Shown here piece after piece: positions 44,429 through 56,853 of a DNA stretch of 64,000 nt. The position numbers were made by a program, and so were the translations under genes. The DNA is from Azolla caroliniana (lineage: Eukaryota > Plantae > Polypodiophyta). The DNA lies in contig JBHGNT010000015.1 of the NCBI GenBank assembly GCA_043228905.1, positions 2,542,001 through 2,606,000 of the forward strand, written 5' to 3'. Every line of letters starts with the position of its first letter. The first letter of the stretch is position 1. The notes below the pieces were generated by a model. That model was not told the origin of the DNA. It did no database searches and worked only from the letters and a program-made list of their open reading frames with translations.

Positions 44429-45784
44429 ATGTATCCGGAACCATCCCATCACAATATACAAGAAGAACCCTTGCAAAGCCCTACCTTGGTACCCCCTCTT
44501 GCATCGTTTCCGCCATTGGGTCCAAGTACGTTGATTGTTCCATATGCGAGGAGCTTCAAAACCCCTTCACATTATATTGGTCTCTACCGTGACAGGATGG
44601 CTATAATGGATGGGGCTCTCAATGGTTTGACAAATGATTCTGAACTTGATGTCGAAGAGGATAAGAAACGTAGCAAGTTGGAACACAAGAAAAGGTCAAA
44701 GAACTGGACTAGACTTGAGACTTTGAAACTCATTAGGCTCCGGATCAACCTTGACTCCGAGTTTGCAAAGGCAGGACGGAAAACTGACTTGTGGGAACAA
44801 ATTGCGCAGTCATTGCAAAAAGATATGTTCATTCGAGATGGACAACAATGTCGAGACAAATGGGAGAAGCTTATGGCAGGGTACAAAGAGGTAAGAGATG
44901 GGTTGAAAAATCGTGAAGACAATCCTTTCTATGAAGAGCTTCATCCTTTACTTTCAAGGAAATCATCGAGAAGGGACAAGGATAGCAATCCTGCCCAGCA
45001 GGAAAGTGATACTAACGAAAGGGGGGCTGGTTGCATGTTTAAAAAAGTGGAAAAGGAAGGTTCATCCATGCCAAATGATTGTGATCCCCATGATGAAGAA
45101 GAAGATGATAATGAGGAAGACGATGATATAAGGGGTATGGAAGAGGGATGTTTTCACAAGAAAAAGCATATTGGTCCTACTTGCATGGATATTGTGAATC
45201 TTCAGGCCATCCAAACACTATTGGAGACATTGATATCTAGACAACAAAAGATATTCAAAGAATTTCTAGGCACATTGGAAAAGAAGGAACAACAGAGGGA
45301 GGAAGTTCGACAGGAGAGGGAAGAGAAATGGAAGGCAGAAGAAAGGGCTCAAAGCCGGATGTTTAACAATGTGATGATAATGTTGGCACAAAAACTCGTT
45401 GGGGATGGGGTCAGAGGAGTAGAAGAGGTACCAGGCCCTTCTTCTTCTGCACAAAACATGAAGAACTTTACATCAAATCATCAAGAAACTATGAAGAGGT
45501 CGAGGAATTGGAAAAGGGATGAAGTTGTGGAACTCATTAAATTGCGAGGACAGATGGAGGCCAAGTTTTGTTTGTCTACACGGAGAGCCGCTCTCTGGGA
45601 AGAACTGTCGGATGTTTTGGGTGCCCATGGTATCAATCGAGACGGGAAGCAATGTAGAGAGAAATGGGATAAACTTATGTCTGAGTACAAGGATATTGTT
45701 GATGGGAAAAGAGAGCCGAATGAGAGCCACTATTTTCACGCTCTTAGTTCAGTGGTTGGAAACAAGCTCAGAGAGCCTGGTTGA
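44429..45784 (+). CDS. Trihelix transcription factor with two Myb/SANT-like trihelix domains (GT-2/PTL-like)
   Basis: RSKNWTRLETLKLI...LWEQIA...RDGQQCRDKWEKL and RSRNWKRDEVVELI...LWEELS...RDGKQCREKWDKL, central coiled coil EEVRQEREEKWKAEERA; intact 451-aa frame. Confidence 0.93.
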   Translation: MYPEPSHHNIQEEPLQSPTLVPPLASFPPLGPSTLIVPYARSFKTPSHYIGLYRDRMAIMDGALNGLTNDSELDVEEDKKRSKLEHKKRSKNWTRLETLKLIRLRINLDSEFAKAGRKTDLWEQIAQSLQKDMFIRDGQQCRDKWEKLMAGYKEVRDGLKNREDNPFYEELHPLLSRKSSRRDKDSNPAQQESDTNERGAGCMFKKVEKEGSSMPNDCDPHDEEEDDNEEDDDIRGMEEGCFHKKKHIGPTCMDIVNLQAIQTLLETLISRQQKIFKEFLGTLEKKEQQREEVRQEREEKWKAEERAQSRMFNNVMIMLAQKLVGDGVRGVEEVPGPSSSAQNMKNFTSNHQETMKRSRNWKRDEVVELIKLRGQMEAKFCLSTRRAALWEELSDVLGAHGINRDGKQCREKWDKLMSEYKDIVDGKREPNESHYFHALSSVVGNKLREPG

Positions 45785-47699
45785 TAAATTGAATTGAGGG
45801 TCATCATTTTGCTTTGACAGCAATGGGCAATGGTATATTTATATATGTGATTAATTAATTATTATACATATATTATATGACTGAATTGAGAAACACCTTG
45901 TTTGCTTGGTAACAATGGTGTACTGTGCATATATTATATATTCATACATACATTCTATGATTCTATTCCAGGGTGTACAATCCTTATTGAGAGTATATAT
46001 GACTTGACTATGAAGAACATAGCAAACCTGGCAAGACCCAATATATGATTCTATTCCAAGTTATAGAATCCTTGTTTAGAGTATACACTTATTTACTTTG
46101 AAGGATATAGCATACCTGCTGAGGCCCAACTGAGGTTGATTCTTTGGCTTTCGGTTTTCCGATAAATCAGATAAAACCACAAAATTTTTAATCTTACATA
46201 GTATTGTAAAGGTGGTCTGATTGGGGTGGACCTTCACATTGTAAATTCACTATTTCTTTTTTATAATGTAATGCTCGTAATGAATTCAATAGGGATTGTT
46301 TATAGGTATAGTGCTTTTGTTTTGTTAATAAGTTATTTCAGGTTTGGCTTGTGGCTTGATGATGCTCAAGTCTAGGTGTGCCATTTGTAGTTATTGTTTC
46401 TTATAAATTTGGCTTCCATGTATGGACGTGATGCGGGATAATACAAATCAATCCAACAATGTGCACGTTACACAAAACAATAGCATCTTCAAGGAGGATT
46501 GTGTTTCATGGAACATATTTTAAAGTATCAAAAGGTAGCTCCTTTGTCTTCCTATTTATTCTGATATTCCTTCTTAACTCATGTACTATCATGATGCACG
46601 AAAAAACAAATGAACTAAAATGTCACGTACTTCGCCAAAAATATTATTCTCTAGAAGAATTATATTTCAATTTTTTTTGTGGAGCACAAATTTGAATTGT
46701 CAAATATAATTGAGTTTTTTACCTTCTAGTGCGAAACCATTTCTAGCCTTGGAGAGTGCTATTAGGAGAGCATCTTACAGGTAAAGAGGATATATTGAAA
46801 GGTAATTTCTTGTGCTTCTCAAAGGATGGCTTCATATAAGACAAATGTATGTGGATGCTTGCTCGTTCCATGGTGTTGGCAAAGCAATAAGCTAACTCAT
46901 AGTTGCTTTGCATCGGGCCAACAAACTTCACAACCTACGTGGAGGTTGAGAGTGAAGAACAGTACATGTACATAAAAAAGTTATTGTTCACTCTTTGTGG
47001 AGTACACCCCTTTTGATAGATGATGGAGAAGGTTGAGTTATGTGAATTTGGGCAATAGTTTCTTGAGGTTTAGATATGTAGATACATAAGCATGCAATGA
47101 GACATCAAAATTTGATTGCGTTGAATATGGTAGTTGGTCTTGTAATTAGGACTAGCGACCTATTGTATAAAATTTAAATGATAATCCTAAAAGGTATTCT
47201 AACGTAAATCATTGAGCTATATATGTATTTGTGTACAAGTTGCGCATGAGTTCCAATTAGCTTACACTCAAGATATTTTGTAAGTGCCTCAAGTAACATA
47301 TAATCAATGTAATACATTTCCTATTTCTCCAATGTTTCACTTATTTTTTGCAAACATCAACAATATAGAGGTGATCACACATCCATTGATAAGGTGGTCA
47401 GGAGTCACCATTAAATGAGCAAAGGAATGATGACAACATTCAGTACAAACCAGCTTTGGCATATTAACACTAGACCATTGGGAGATAAATTTTTGATTAT
47501 GTTCAATTCGTCCGAGGAATACTAAAATGGGTGGAAAAGGAAACACACATTTGGATAAGTGATATTTTTAAGTTGGCATGCCACATGTTTATAGTCTATA
47601 GATACATACATACACATATATTTATATATATATTAAAAAAATGGGATAAAACATTTATAGTAAGGAGAAGATAAATAATGTACACAACTATTAGACAAT

Positions 47700-48800
47700 C
47701 ATGGTTGGCTCACTTGTGGAAAAGTTATTTGGATGTGTAATGGAAGCAAAAGTAAGTGCAATGGCTTAGGAGAATGGCAAGAGGGCTTATGAACAAGTTT
47801 CTAAAAACACCATAGCATGAACAAGTTGTGGCTCTTTAAGCACCAAAGGAGGAAAGTTGTTTGAAGGGTAAAGGGTTATAATGTTACGTTGACTTTGAGA
47901 AAGCTTTTTATGTGGTGCTTGGTTAGCAAAACAGTTAGAACACATGATAGCAGTATCTCGAAGTTATGACAAGAGATGTATTGTGTGCTTATGTGAAATG
48001 GACTTTCATATTTTTTCACTCATTCATGGTGTTAACTCTATCATTGTCAATAGAAATTGAAACAAATGGTAGATGAGTTTGTAATGAAGAATATACTAAA
48101 GAGCTCACGATTGGGGATATAATTATCATGTTTTTGTTATATCTAGATGATCTAGTGCTTCCAACAAATACTTTATGAGTATACGGGAAACTTTAGCATG
48201 CATGGTAATTATGTGTCAATAGCTCTTAAACAAAAGTTATCCTTGTGGAGACTCAAATAAAAGGAAAACTCCATGCATTGCATATAGTAATGACTCATTG
48301 CAAACATTGAAAAGCTTCAAATGCCTAGGCCTTGTGGTGCTTGGCAAGGGAAAGAGAGGAGACATTAAATTTAAGAACATATATGCAATGGAGATAAAAT
48401 CTAAAAGCAAATGTTGGGTTCTCAAGATACACTGCTTTGGTGACACCAATGTTTGTCTTTGAGTTTGAAGTATGTGATGGTGGCATTGCTAAGGGAGGAT
48501 GTGTGGATTCCTGAATCTTAGAAATTTAAAGTGGATGAGAGGGATCACACAAGAGGCTTTTTGGAGGCCAGGCAAGAATATGAGCCAACATGAAGAAGAA
48601 TGGCTAAATGGATGCGAGGATGGATGAATGGACATGAAAATGAGTGGCTGAATAGATGAGACAAAGATGAGATTAGAGGAGTGGTTGGGTGGAAAACATT
48701 GTGTATTGTTGGCAACACGACACCCATTCCACTAAACCCACGTATCCTCTAGCATATGTCGACTTTGAAGAAAGACCACCTTTATTGTTCTTCTTGAAGT
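47700..48800 (+). mobile_element. Highly decayed LINE-like remnants
   Basis: Short RT-like words YVDFEKAF (~47885) and AYVDFEE (~48752); no long frame. Confidence 0.3.
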
Positions 48801-49153
48801 TGAAGGTGCAATTGGAAAATTTCCCCTCCCAATATGTGCAAGAGGACTTAGTCTTGTGCTTGCAAAAATGTGTTTGGTTGAATGTTCAAATGTATATAAG
48901 CTTTGATATTTAAATGTATGCATTTTTTATGTGTAGATGTTTGTGTGTGTGTGTGTGTGTGTGTAATTGAGTATGTGGTGTTGTAAATTGTATATGAGCA
49001 TGTACAATGTTTATGTGTTCTTTTATATGTGTGTGTACAAGTGTTCATGTATGTGTAAGTAGGGGGTTGTAGTGTTTGGGAAACTTAAACAAATTGGTAG
49101 AATTTATAGGGGAGATAGAGGGACATACATTTGAGATTGAGTATAATACATTA

Positions 49154-50103
49154 GACATTCGGTTAAGTGTGTACCCGCTTAAGTGCACCATTCTATTAAG
49201 TGAGTTTTTTTTTATAGAGGTCAAAATCTAGATCAAAAAATTAACATTGTTTCATGACGAAATTACATTAAACCAAATTGAAACAATGTTCCAAACATTC
49301 AGAAACAACAAAAGGAGTTTCTGTGTGTATGTGTATGTCTATGTGTGTGTCATGTGTTCTACGTGTGTGTGTGTGTGTTTACGATTACGAGTATATGATT
49401 TTGATTCTTGATTAAAGAACATAAGCAAAGAAAGGGCAAACAATTCTTGATGATTGTGAATAGTCAAGTTTTTGCAACGATTGGCCGTGAATGTGAGTTC
49501 TCCTTCTCCATGTGCAACAAAACTTTTGTCTATTGTCCTTCTCTTTCTGTGTGTGCTTGTGCCACGAGCGTGCGTGCTCTTTTCCTGCATGAAGAAAGCC
49601 TCTCTCCCTCCCTCCCTCTTTCTATGCATCTTGTTTATTCTCAAAGATGACAAAAGTTGCAGCCAACGATTTGTCCATTGCTCCCCCACTCTCTTTTCCT
49701 GTCTCCTCCATCTACACTTCGATTCCTCAAACCTGCCGCCACTAGGAAGAAAACGCAAGAAAAAAACTCATCGCATCCAAGGAAGTTCTTTAGTTTTGTT
49801 GCATAATGGATGTATTCCTCAGACGTAGCAAAAAGGCGAAAACTAAAGGTAATCTAGAATCGAGAAAGAAACTGAAGAGTATGTATGCTGAAACCAGAAA
49901 CGTTTCAGGTCAATAATATCACGTAAATTGATCACTTTTCTTATCAAGAATTGTATTATTACAACATAGAAGGAAAATATTTCAGAAAACCCTTAGAAAA
50001 ATTTCCAAAAAGCCCTAAAATGTTTTAGAAAACCCTTATGTGCGCAACTCGGTTAAGTGTGCACTTCTTCCTTGTGTTCAAAGTGCACACTTAACCGAAT
50101 GTC
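49154..50103. mobile_element. MITE with ~21-bp TIRs and TA target duplication (Tc1/mariner-like)
   Basis: TA|GACATTCGGTTAAGTGTG ... CACACTTAACCGAATGTC|TA; subterminal TTAAGTG repeats. Confidence 0.8.
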
Positions 50104-50189
50104 TATTATAAACGTTTTTGGGGGAGGCTTGTGTGTGTGAAGCATGAAACTATGAATTCCCAAATATTGGGAGGAGAATCAAATCTTTG

Positions 50190-50665
50190 ACCATGTGCCC
50201 GTTGAAGAATGAGATCTAGCGGCTTGTCGACAGTGGTCCAGTTAAGGGAGGACCCTTAGAGCCATAGCAAGAGCCAATCTTAATGGGGTGTTTGTCACTT
50301 CTTATAAAACCCACGATTACTCAAGGGTAAATGCATGGTTTCGAGCCAACGAATCAACAAAAAACCTGTTATATGGAGATAGGCAACAACCATGTACCTT
50401 TTTTTATCATTTCTTTTAGATTTATAACTTAAATGAGAAAAGGTTTACGGTGTATACCTAGGCACTCATAGACGAGGAAAGTCTTTGGTAATCGACGAAA
50501 TGCTTCAAGGAGCTGACCATAGGCATGGATCGAGAGATTCCCAAATGGGTTAACCTTGCAAATTGCCTAAGGCAAGAGGCAACCCCGTGAATTAAAACAT
50601 CTGAGTAGGTAGAGGAATACAAAGCAAAAGAAATTTACCTAGTAATGGTGAGTGAAACAAGAATA
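50190..50665 (+). pseudogene. rrn23: Decayed, rearranged plastid 23S rRNA fragments (NUPT)
   Basis: GTGCCCGTTGAAGAATGAG...GTTAAGGGA...GAGCC.TAGC (internal piece, ~50190-50315) precedes TACGGTG.ATACCTAGGCAC...GTAATCGACGAAATGCTTC...AAACATCT.AGTAG (5' end of 23S, ~50430-50665). Confidence 0.8.
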
Positions 50666-50684
50666 AGAACGGAAGTAGGGAAGA

Positions 50685-51296
50685 TGTGTGAAACCTATGC
50701 TTAACAATGAACTTAGCCTCTAAGCCTAGGGTTAAAGAGAGGAAACCTAGTGATGATAACTATAATTATTTCTAATGGAAGAATGATCATTGGGGAAGGA
50801 TGTTAGAACCTTAATCAACATTAGCATAATTAAGCAGGGAAATAAGGAAGAAAGGGTGCTAGAACACCAACTACCCCCTAACGAAGGTAAGAGATAGATT
50901 CGGGGTTCGAGTCCCCCATAGGTGTCCCATACCAGCAAAGCATACCATCGAATTCGGACATGGATCTTACCTCGGGTTTGATGGAGGAGGCACATGTATA
51001 TTAAGCTAGGACTTTGCTACACTTTGAGAGTCTTTATCGCAAAACCATAAAGATAAGAGATATCCCCCTTCATAAATGGAGCTAACCTTCTTATATAGGC
51101 TCAAACCTTAGGCCTTTGTATGTTTCACACTAGTGTTTTTTTAAATAAGGTGGCCAAGTGATGAAACACTCTAAAGCTATCTCTCATTGTAGGATTGAGA
51201 TTACTCAATCATCACCCTTCATTACTTATGAATTAGTCCATATCTAACCCTAAGCTTCGAGAACTATGATTATAATTATGTTTGTAACCCGCTACA
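50685..51296 (-). repeat. Probable solo LTR or LTR remnant
   Basis: Minus strand TGTAGCGGG...TTCACACA termini and TATATAAG; no TSD found. Confidence 0.4.
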
Positions 51297-52741
51297 CCTC
51301 TCTAAAAGGTTGCATTCTCAAAAAGAAAAGTCGGGAAAGTTTGTTCCATAGTTTTTAAATCGAGAATTATTTTTTTCCTATGAGGTTTGAATATTAAATC
51401 CTCAAGGGTGACGAGAGTTACAATGGAAACTGAATTATTGTCAAAACCCAAGAGCTCTTTGACATGTGTTTCTTTTTGGAAATACTTTAGGAGATGTGCA
51501 AAAGCTTATGATGGCATTGGAAATATTTGCATACTAAAAGAGAGAGTAGAGTGTATTCTAGTTCAAACTGTCACAATTGAAGCTTCGACGGCAATGTTGA
51601 GTTTGAAGAAAACAAGACAATAACAAAACAAGAAGACAAGAATTTGTATTACCTGGAGACCAAGATGACAAGGGTTTTGAAGATTTACATTGAACCAAAA
51701 TGGTTCAACACTAAGCAGATCTTCCACTTATATAACATACATAGGATCATGCATAATCGCCAAGTAGCATTCATGGTGTGCCCCACTTGGAGCACATGCA
51801 TGCATGCCATTTGGTAGTCATCCATTGTGTTCAGTACCACGTAACCTTGAAAAAATACAATTAATATATTTATCAATTAAAATAAGTGGGTGTGATGGTC
51901 ATAGTGTAAAACTCTTGTTTAAAGATTATAGGTTCAAATTTTGATATTGACTTTTTGTGATCGTTACCACCCAGTAGAGAAGCACTGGTGTCACCAAAGT
52001 GTAAAAAAGGTTTTTTTTAGGACCTACCACTTAATTTCTCCATGATTGCATGCGTTTTGAAATATATAATATATTCTCTTTCCCGCCTTTAAACAATGAG
52101 AAGCACATTCATCCCATCTATGGTTTGAAGGAACTTCAACACCACGATATTTGAAGATTTCCATACATTCAAGTGGCTCATTGTTTTACATAATGCATGG
52201 TTTATCTCTTTTTTGGCTTTTCACAACCATAATTTTTGTTTTAGAGATATGTTTGTTTTAGAGGTTGCCTTTTCTCACGCGATCCCGAATAAAGTCATAT
52301 CGAACTTCCATATGCTTGGAGGCGTTGTGATGAACCAAATTCTTCGATAGTGTGAAAAATCCCTGACTATTTTTGCAGATGACTAGAGCCGAATTTGAGT
52401 CGGATTGTCAAAACGTGCAGACCAGTTGACCGAGCCATATTGCGTCTTTCGCCGCATTGGACGCGGTGTCATGAAGTTGAGGCTTCACGATATTGAAACA
52501 ATGTTAAACATCTTGAGAAGTAGAATTTCCATCTGGAGCTTGCGATGAGGAGCATATATGATTTTTCTCTTTGTGAAGAGTTTGGAAACGCAAGATACAA
52601 CCTTCGGAAGGATCAATGCTACTCGGGACAAGAATGTAATTAGGGCAAAAAGAGGGATTCAAATTAAAAAGGTTGATTTTGTAATTTTTCAAATGTACAA
52701 TTACAATAAAATTAGTAAAAATTTATAATAAAAATTTTAAT

Positions 52742-52781
<40 letters not shown>

Positions 52782-53310
52782 CAACTGCCCATGCATGAGG
52801 CGGTTTGTAAACTACCTGAAACAGGGTGGTAGGGCAGTTGAACCCCTATAAAAGTCACTCCCATGGTGGCTGAATGGGGGAGAGTGTTGGGACTTGAGAC
52901 TGTCAGTTTCACGAATGACGAGGCTAAATACTAAGAGATAGATAGATAAATAAATAGATAGATTATATTATCGTCTTCGGAGGTGAAATATGACCTATGA
53001 GACCAAAAATATTACATTTCACATGACCTAAGAGAGAGAGAGAGCATAGACAAGAGAGCAAGAAAGAGAGGGAGAAAGTAGACAAGAGGGTGAGAACTGA
53101 ATTATGCTTCTGTAACTGGTGTTGTTCACCTTGATTGTAATCAAGGTGCACCCAAGTATTTATACAAGAATGTGGAGATATGCATGCAAGCTAGGAAACA
53201 TCTAGAGACTGCATGGAAACTTTTAGAGAGTGCATGAAGATACATTCTCTAGAAGTTTCTTGGAAGTTCTATTGAATCAGTTGAATCGTATACAATACAA
53301 TAATGCATAG

Positions 53311-56300
53311 AACACCGGGTCGCATTCTCTTTTTCATATCTTAGTGAGATGTTAAAAAATGCCTTATTTAAGAAGAATTTCAAAAAGGCACGATGCATGC
53401 ATATTTGGTTTATGAAAACATAGCGAAAAATAGAACTAACTAATATCACGTCAACAAAATCATCTGACGTATATTCTATCTACCATGTTTTTGTCCATGT
53501 CCTTCTCTAATGCAACAGAGTTCCTGAACATCTTTAAGGTGCATGTTGTAGTAGTACATGACAGTAGAATGAAATTGCACATGTAACATCAAACTAAAGA
53601 ATAGACTATAACGTTACACTAAATTGATGTGAGGAGTTTTATATACTTCTATCAGAAAACAAATCTAAAACCCATTGAAATTTTGAAAAAAATAAAAAAG
53701 ATTGGTTTTTCAACTGGAATCCAGTGGATTGCATTGGATTCCAATTGAAAATCCAAGATTTTTTTTAAATGTTGTAATATTTAAAAAAAATCCATAAAAA
53801 AATAAATAAATGGATTTTCAGCTAAAATACGATGCACTACATTGTATTTTAGTCTATACAGTTAGAGTCCAATGCAATGCATTGGATTAAAGTCGAAAAT
53901 CCTTTTTTCTTTTTTCTTTTTTCAATGTATTTTTATTTAAATGTATTTTTTCCATATAAATAATAATAATAAATGGCTTTTCAACTAAAATCCGATGCAC
54001 TACATCGGATTGTAGTCTATACAACCAGACATCGATGTAGTGCATCAGATTTTAGCTGACAATCCTTTTTCTTTTCAAATAAATAAAAATATTTTAAAAA
54101 TGGATTTCCAATTGAAATTTGATGCACTACATCAGATTTCAATTGAAAATCCAAATTTCTTTTAGTTTTTTCATAAAACAATGAAATAATAATAAAAATA
54201 TTGCATTTTCAACGAAAATTTGATGCACTACATCAAATTTCAGTTAAAAATCCATGATAAATGAAAAAAATAAAAGAAAAATCTTGGACTTTCAACGGAA
54301 ATCCGATGCACTACATTGGATTTCTGTTGAAAGTCCAAGATTTTCAACGGAAATACGATGCACTACATCGGATTTCTGTTGAAAATACATCATTTTAAAT
54401 GGCCAAAATCCATGATTTTTTTATTTTTAACATCTGTTTTATGGATAAAATAAAAAAAATAAGAAAATTTCAAGAAAAATAAGAAAAAGTGGATTTTCAA
54501 CTGAAATCCAATGCAGTGCATCGGATTTCTGATGAAAACCCACTTTTTCAATTTTTATTTATTTATTTATAGGAAAAATAAAAAAAATACAAAAACAATT
54601 CAAAAACTAAGAAAATTTGGAAATACATAAGAAAAAGTGGACTTTCAACTGAAATCCAATGCAGTGCATCGGATTTCTGATGAAAACCCACTTTTTCAAT
54701 TTTTATTTATTTATTTATGGGGAAAATCAAATAAAATACAAAAAATAAAATAAAATAAGAAAATTCAGAAACAAATAAGGAAAAATGGACTTTCAACCGA
54801 AATCTGATGTAGTGCATTGGATTTCCATTGAAAATTCCATTTTTTCAATTTTTATTTATTTATTGATGGAAAAAATAAGAAAAAGTGGACTTTCAACTAA
54901 AATCTGATGCAGTGCATCAGATTTCTTTTTTTCAATTTTTATTTATTTATTTATGGGAAAAATACAAAAATACAACAAAAACTCAAAAAATAAGAAAAAG
55001 TGGTCTTTCAACTAAAATCTGATGCAGTGCATCGGATTTCTTTTTTTCAATTTTTATTTATTTATTTATGGGAAAAATACAAAAATACAAAAAAAACTCA
55101 AAAAATAAGAAAAAGTGGTCTTTCAACTAAAATCTGATGCAGTGCATTGGATTTGCGTTGAAAATCCATTTTTTAAATTTTTATTTATTTATTTATGGGA
55201 AAAATAAGAAAATTCAAAAAAATTCAAAAAATAAGAAAATTTGGAAACAAATAAGAAAAAGTGAATTTTGAACTGAAATCCGATGCAATGCATCGGATTT
55301 CTATAGATAATCCCTTTATTCAATTTTTATTTATTTATTTATGGGAAAAATAAAAAAATACAAAAAAACCTCAAAAAATAAGAAAAAGTGGTCTTCCAAC
55401 TAAAGTCCGATGCAATGCATTGGATTTGCATTGAAAATCCATTTTTAAAATTTTTATTTATTTATTTATGGGAAAAATAAAAAAATTCACAAAAAATCCA
55501 AAAAATAAGAAAATTTGCAAAAAAATAAGAAAAAATGAATTTTCAACTGAAATCTGATGCACTACATCGGATTTCCATTGAAAATCCATTTCTTCAATTT
55601 TTATTTATTTATTTATGGAAAAAATAAAACAAATTTTTAAAAATTACAAAAAACAAGAAAATTCGGAAACAAATAAGAAAAAGTGAACTTTCAACTGAAA
55701 TCTTATGCAGTGCATCGGATATCCATTGAAAATCCATTTTTTCATTTTTTTCATTTTTTAAAGATATTTTGAAACTGGATTTTCAACTGAAATCCAATGC
55801 AGTGTATCATATTTTAGTCTATATAAGTAGAATTTGATGCAATGCATTATGTCTCAGTTGAAAATGCAAGAGTATTTTTTTAATGGAAAATTTTAAAAAA
55901 ATTCTAAGACTTACAACAAGAATCTGATGCACTACATCCAATTCTAGATGTATAGAGTAAAATTCCACATAGTGCATCAGATCTAGATGGAATGAATCTG
56001 ATTTCTATTTGACATCAAAGGCTTACTATGAGAATCTACCAAAAACGAAAAAAACATCTTTACGACATTTTTTAGATTCTAATGATTTTGGTAGAAGGTT
56101 TCTCTCACATAATCAAATATTGTAAATAGAAAGTACATAATTAAATATCATAACCAAAAAGTGAAGAAGAAAGAATACATCAAGCACATCTACTCTTACA
56201 TTGGATAATGTTTATATACTAGTGTATGACTTATCTTTGACCAAAACAAGTTATTTGCGACAGACCACAATGAAGATACTAAAAGTGGATCTCGAATGAA

Positions 56301-56779
56301 GCTTCAGACACAACACAAAGACAAACAAGAAACATGACTCATAACCTCGATGAGGTTGGATTGCTATTGGATGAAGACAATGCATTAGTTTCCATTGATG
56401 ATGAGGATGAGACCTCATAAACTCTTACTAGTTCATCTAATGGGTATGAAGATGATGGCATAAACTTGGAAAACGATTGTCCTGATACGTTAACTGTAAA
56501 TATTGTATTGTACATCAAGATTTGGATTCATGAATTTCTATAAATATTGGTGTTTGTCATTTTGAACATTCATTTGTAAGTTTGGCATGTCCATTATTTA
56601 GGCATTTTTTTGAACACCTAAATTTTCGTACATGATAGAAATCAATATATTTTTGGGCCATTTTTTAAAATCCTTTACACATGCGGCATCCCTTTTTGTG
56701 AATCACCCTAATTTGTGTCATTTTTTGATGGACAGTTCTCAAAATGCGACATATTACTTGTTTCAAATGTCCCGGTGTT
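53311..56779. mobile_element. Putative non-autonomous DNA element with short inverted termini, containing a palindrome array; inserted in LTR C
   Basis: AACACCGGG at 53311 and CCCGGTGTT at 56771-56779; LTR C-like sequence on both sides; TSD unclear. Confidence 0.5.
53700..55990. repeat. Array of about 20 long palindromes (TGGATTTTCAACTGAAATCCGATGCA-N-TGCATCGGATTTC..TTGAAAATCCA) separated by A/T-tract spacers
   Basis: Direct reading of repeated self-complementary units at roughly 100-150 bp spacing. Confidence 0.9.
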
Positions 56780-56782
56780 ATG

Positions 56783-56853
56783 ATGAATGTAGCTCAACTG
56801 GTAAGGTTGCCCAATAAGACCAAGAGGTCATGGGTTCAACCCCCTACATCCCA
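56783..56853 (+). promoter_or_regulatory. tRNA-like Pol III promoter module in LTR C U3
   Basis: TAGCTCAACTGGTAAG ... GAGGTCATGGGTTCAACCCC..CATCCCA; antisense to element C. Confidence 0.75.

Noticed and set aside
50895-50920. B-box-like GGTTCGAGTCC in an LTR remnant
   Set aside because: No credible A box about 44 nt upstream, so it is not counted among the tRNA-like modules
53700-55990. CRISPR-like array of palindromic repeats with spacers
   Set aside because: Spacers are homologous A/T tracts of variable length, the repeats are degenerate, there are no cas genes and the context is eukaryotic
56080-56500. Remnant of a transposase C-terminus (acidic tail) in the palindrome-array element
   Set aside because: Only a D/E-rich stretch, with no catalytic motif or sustained frame
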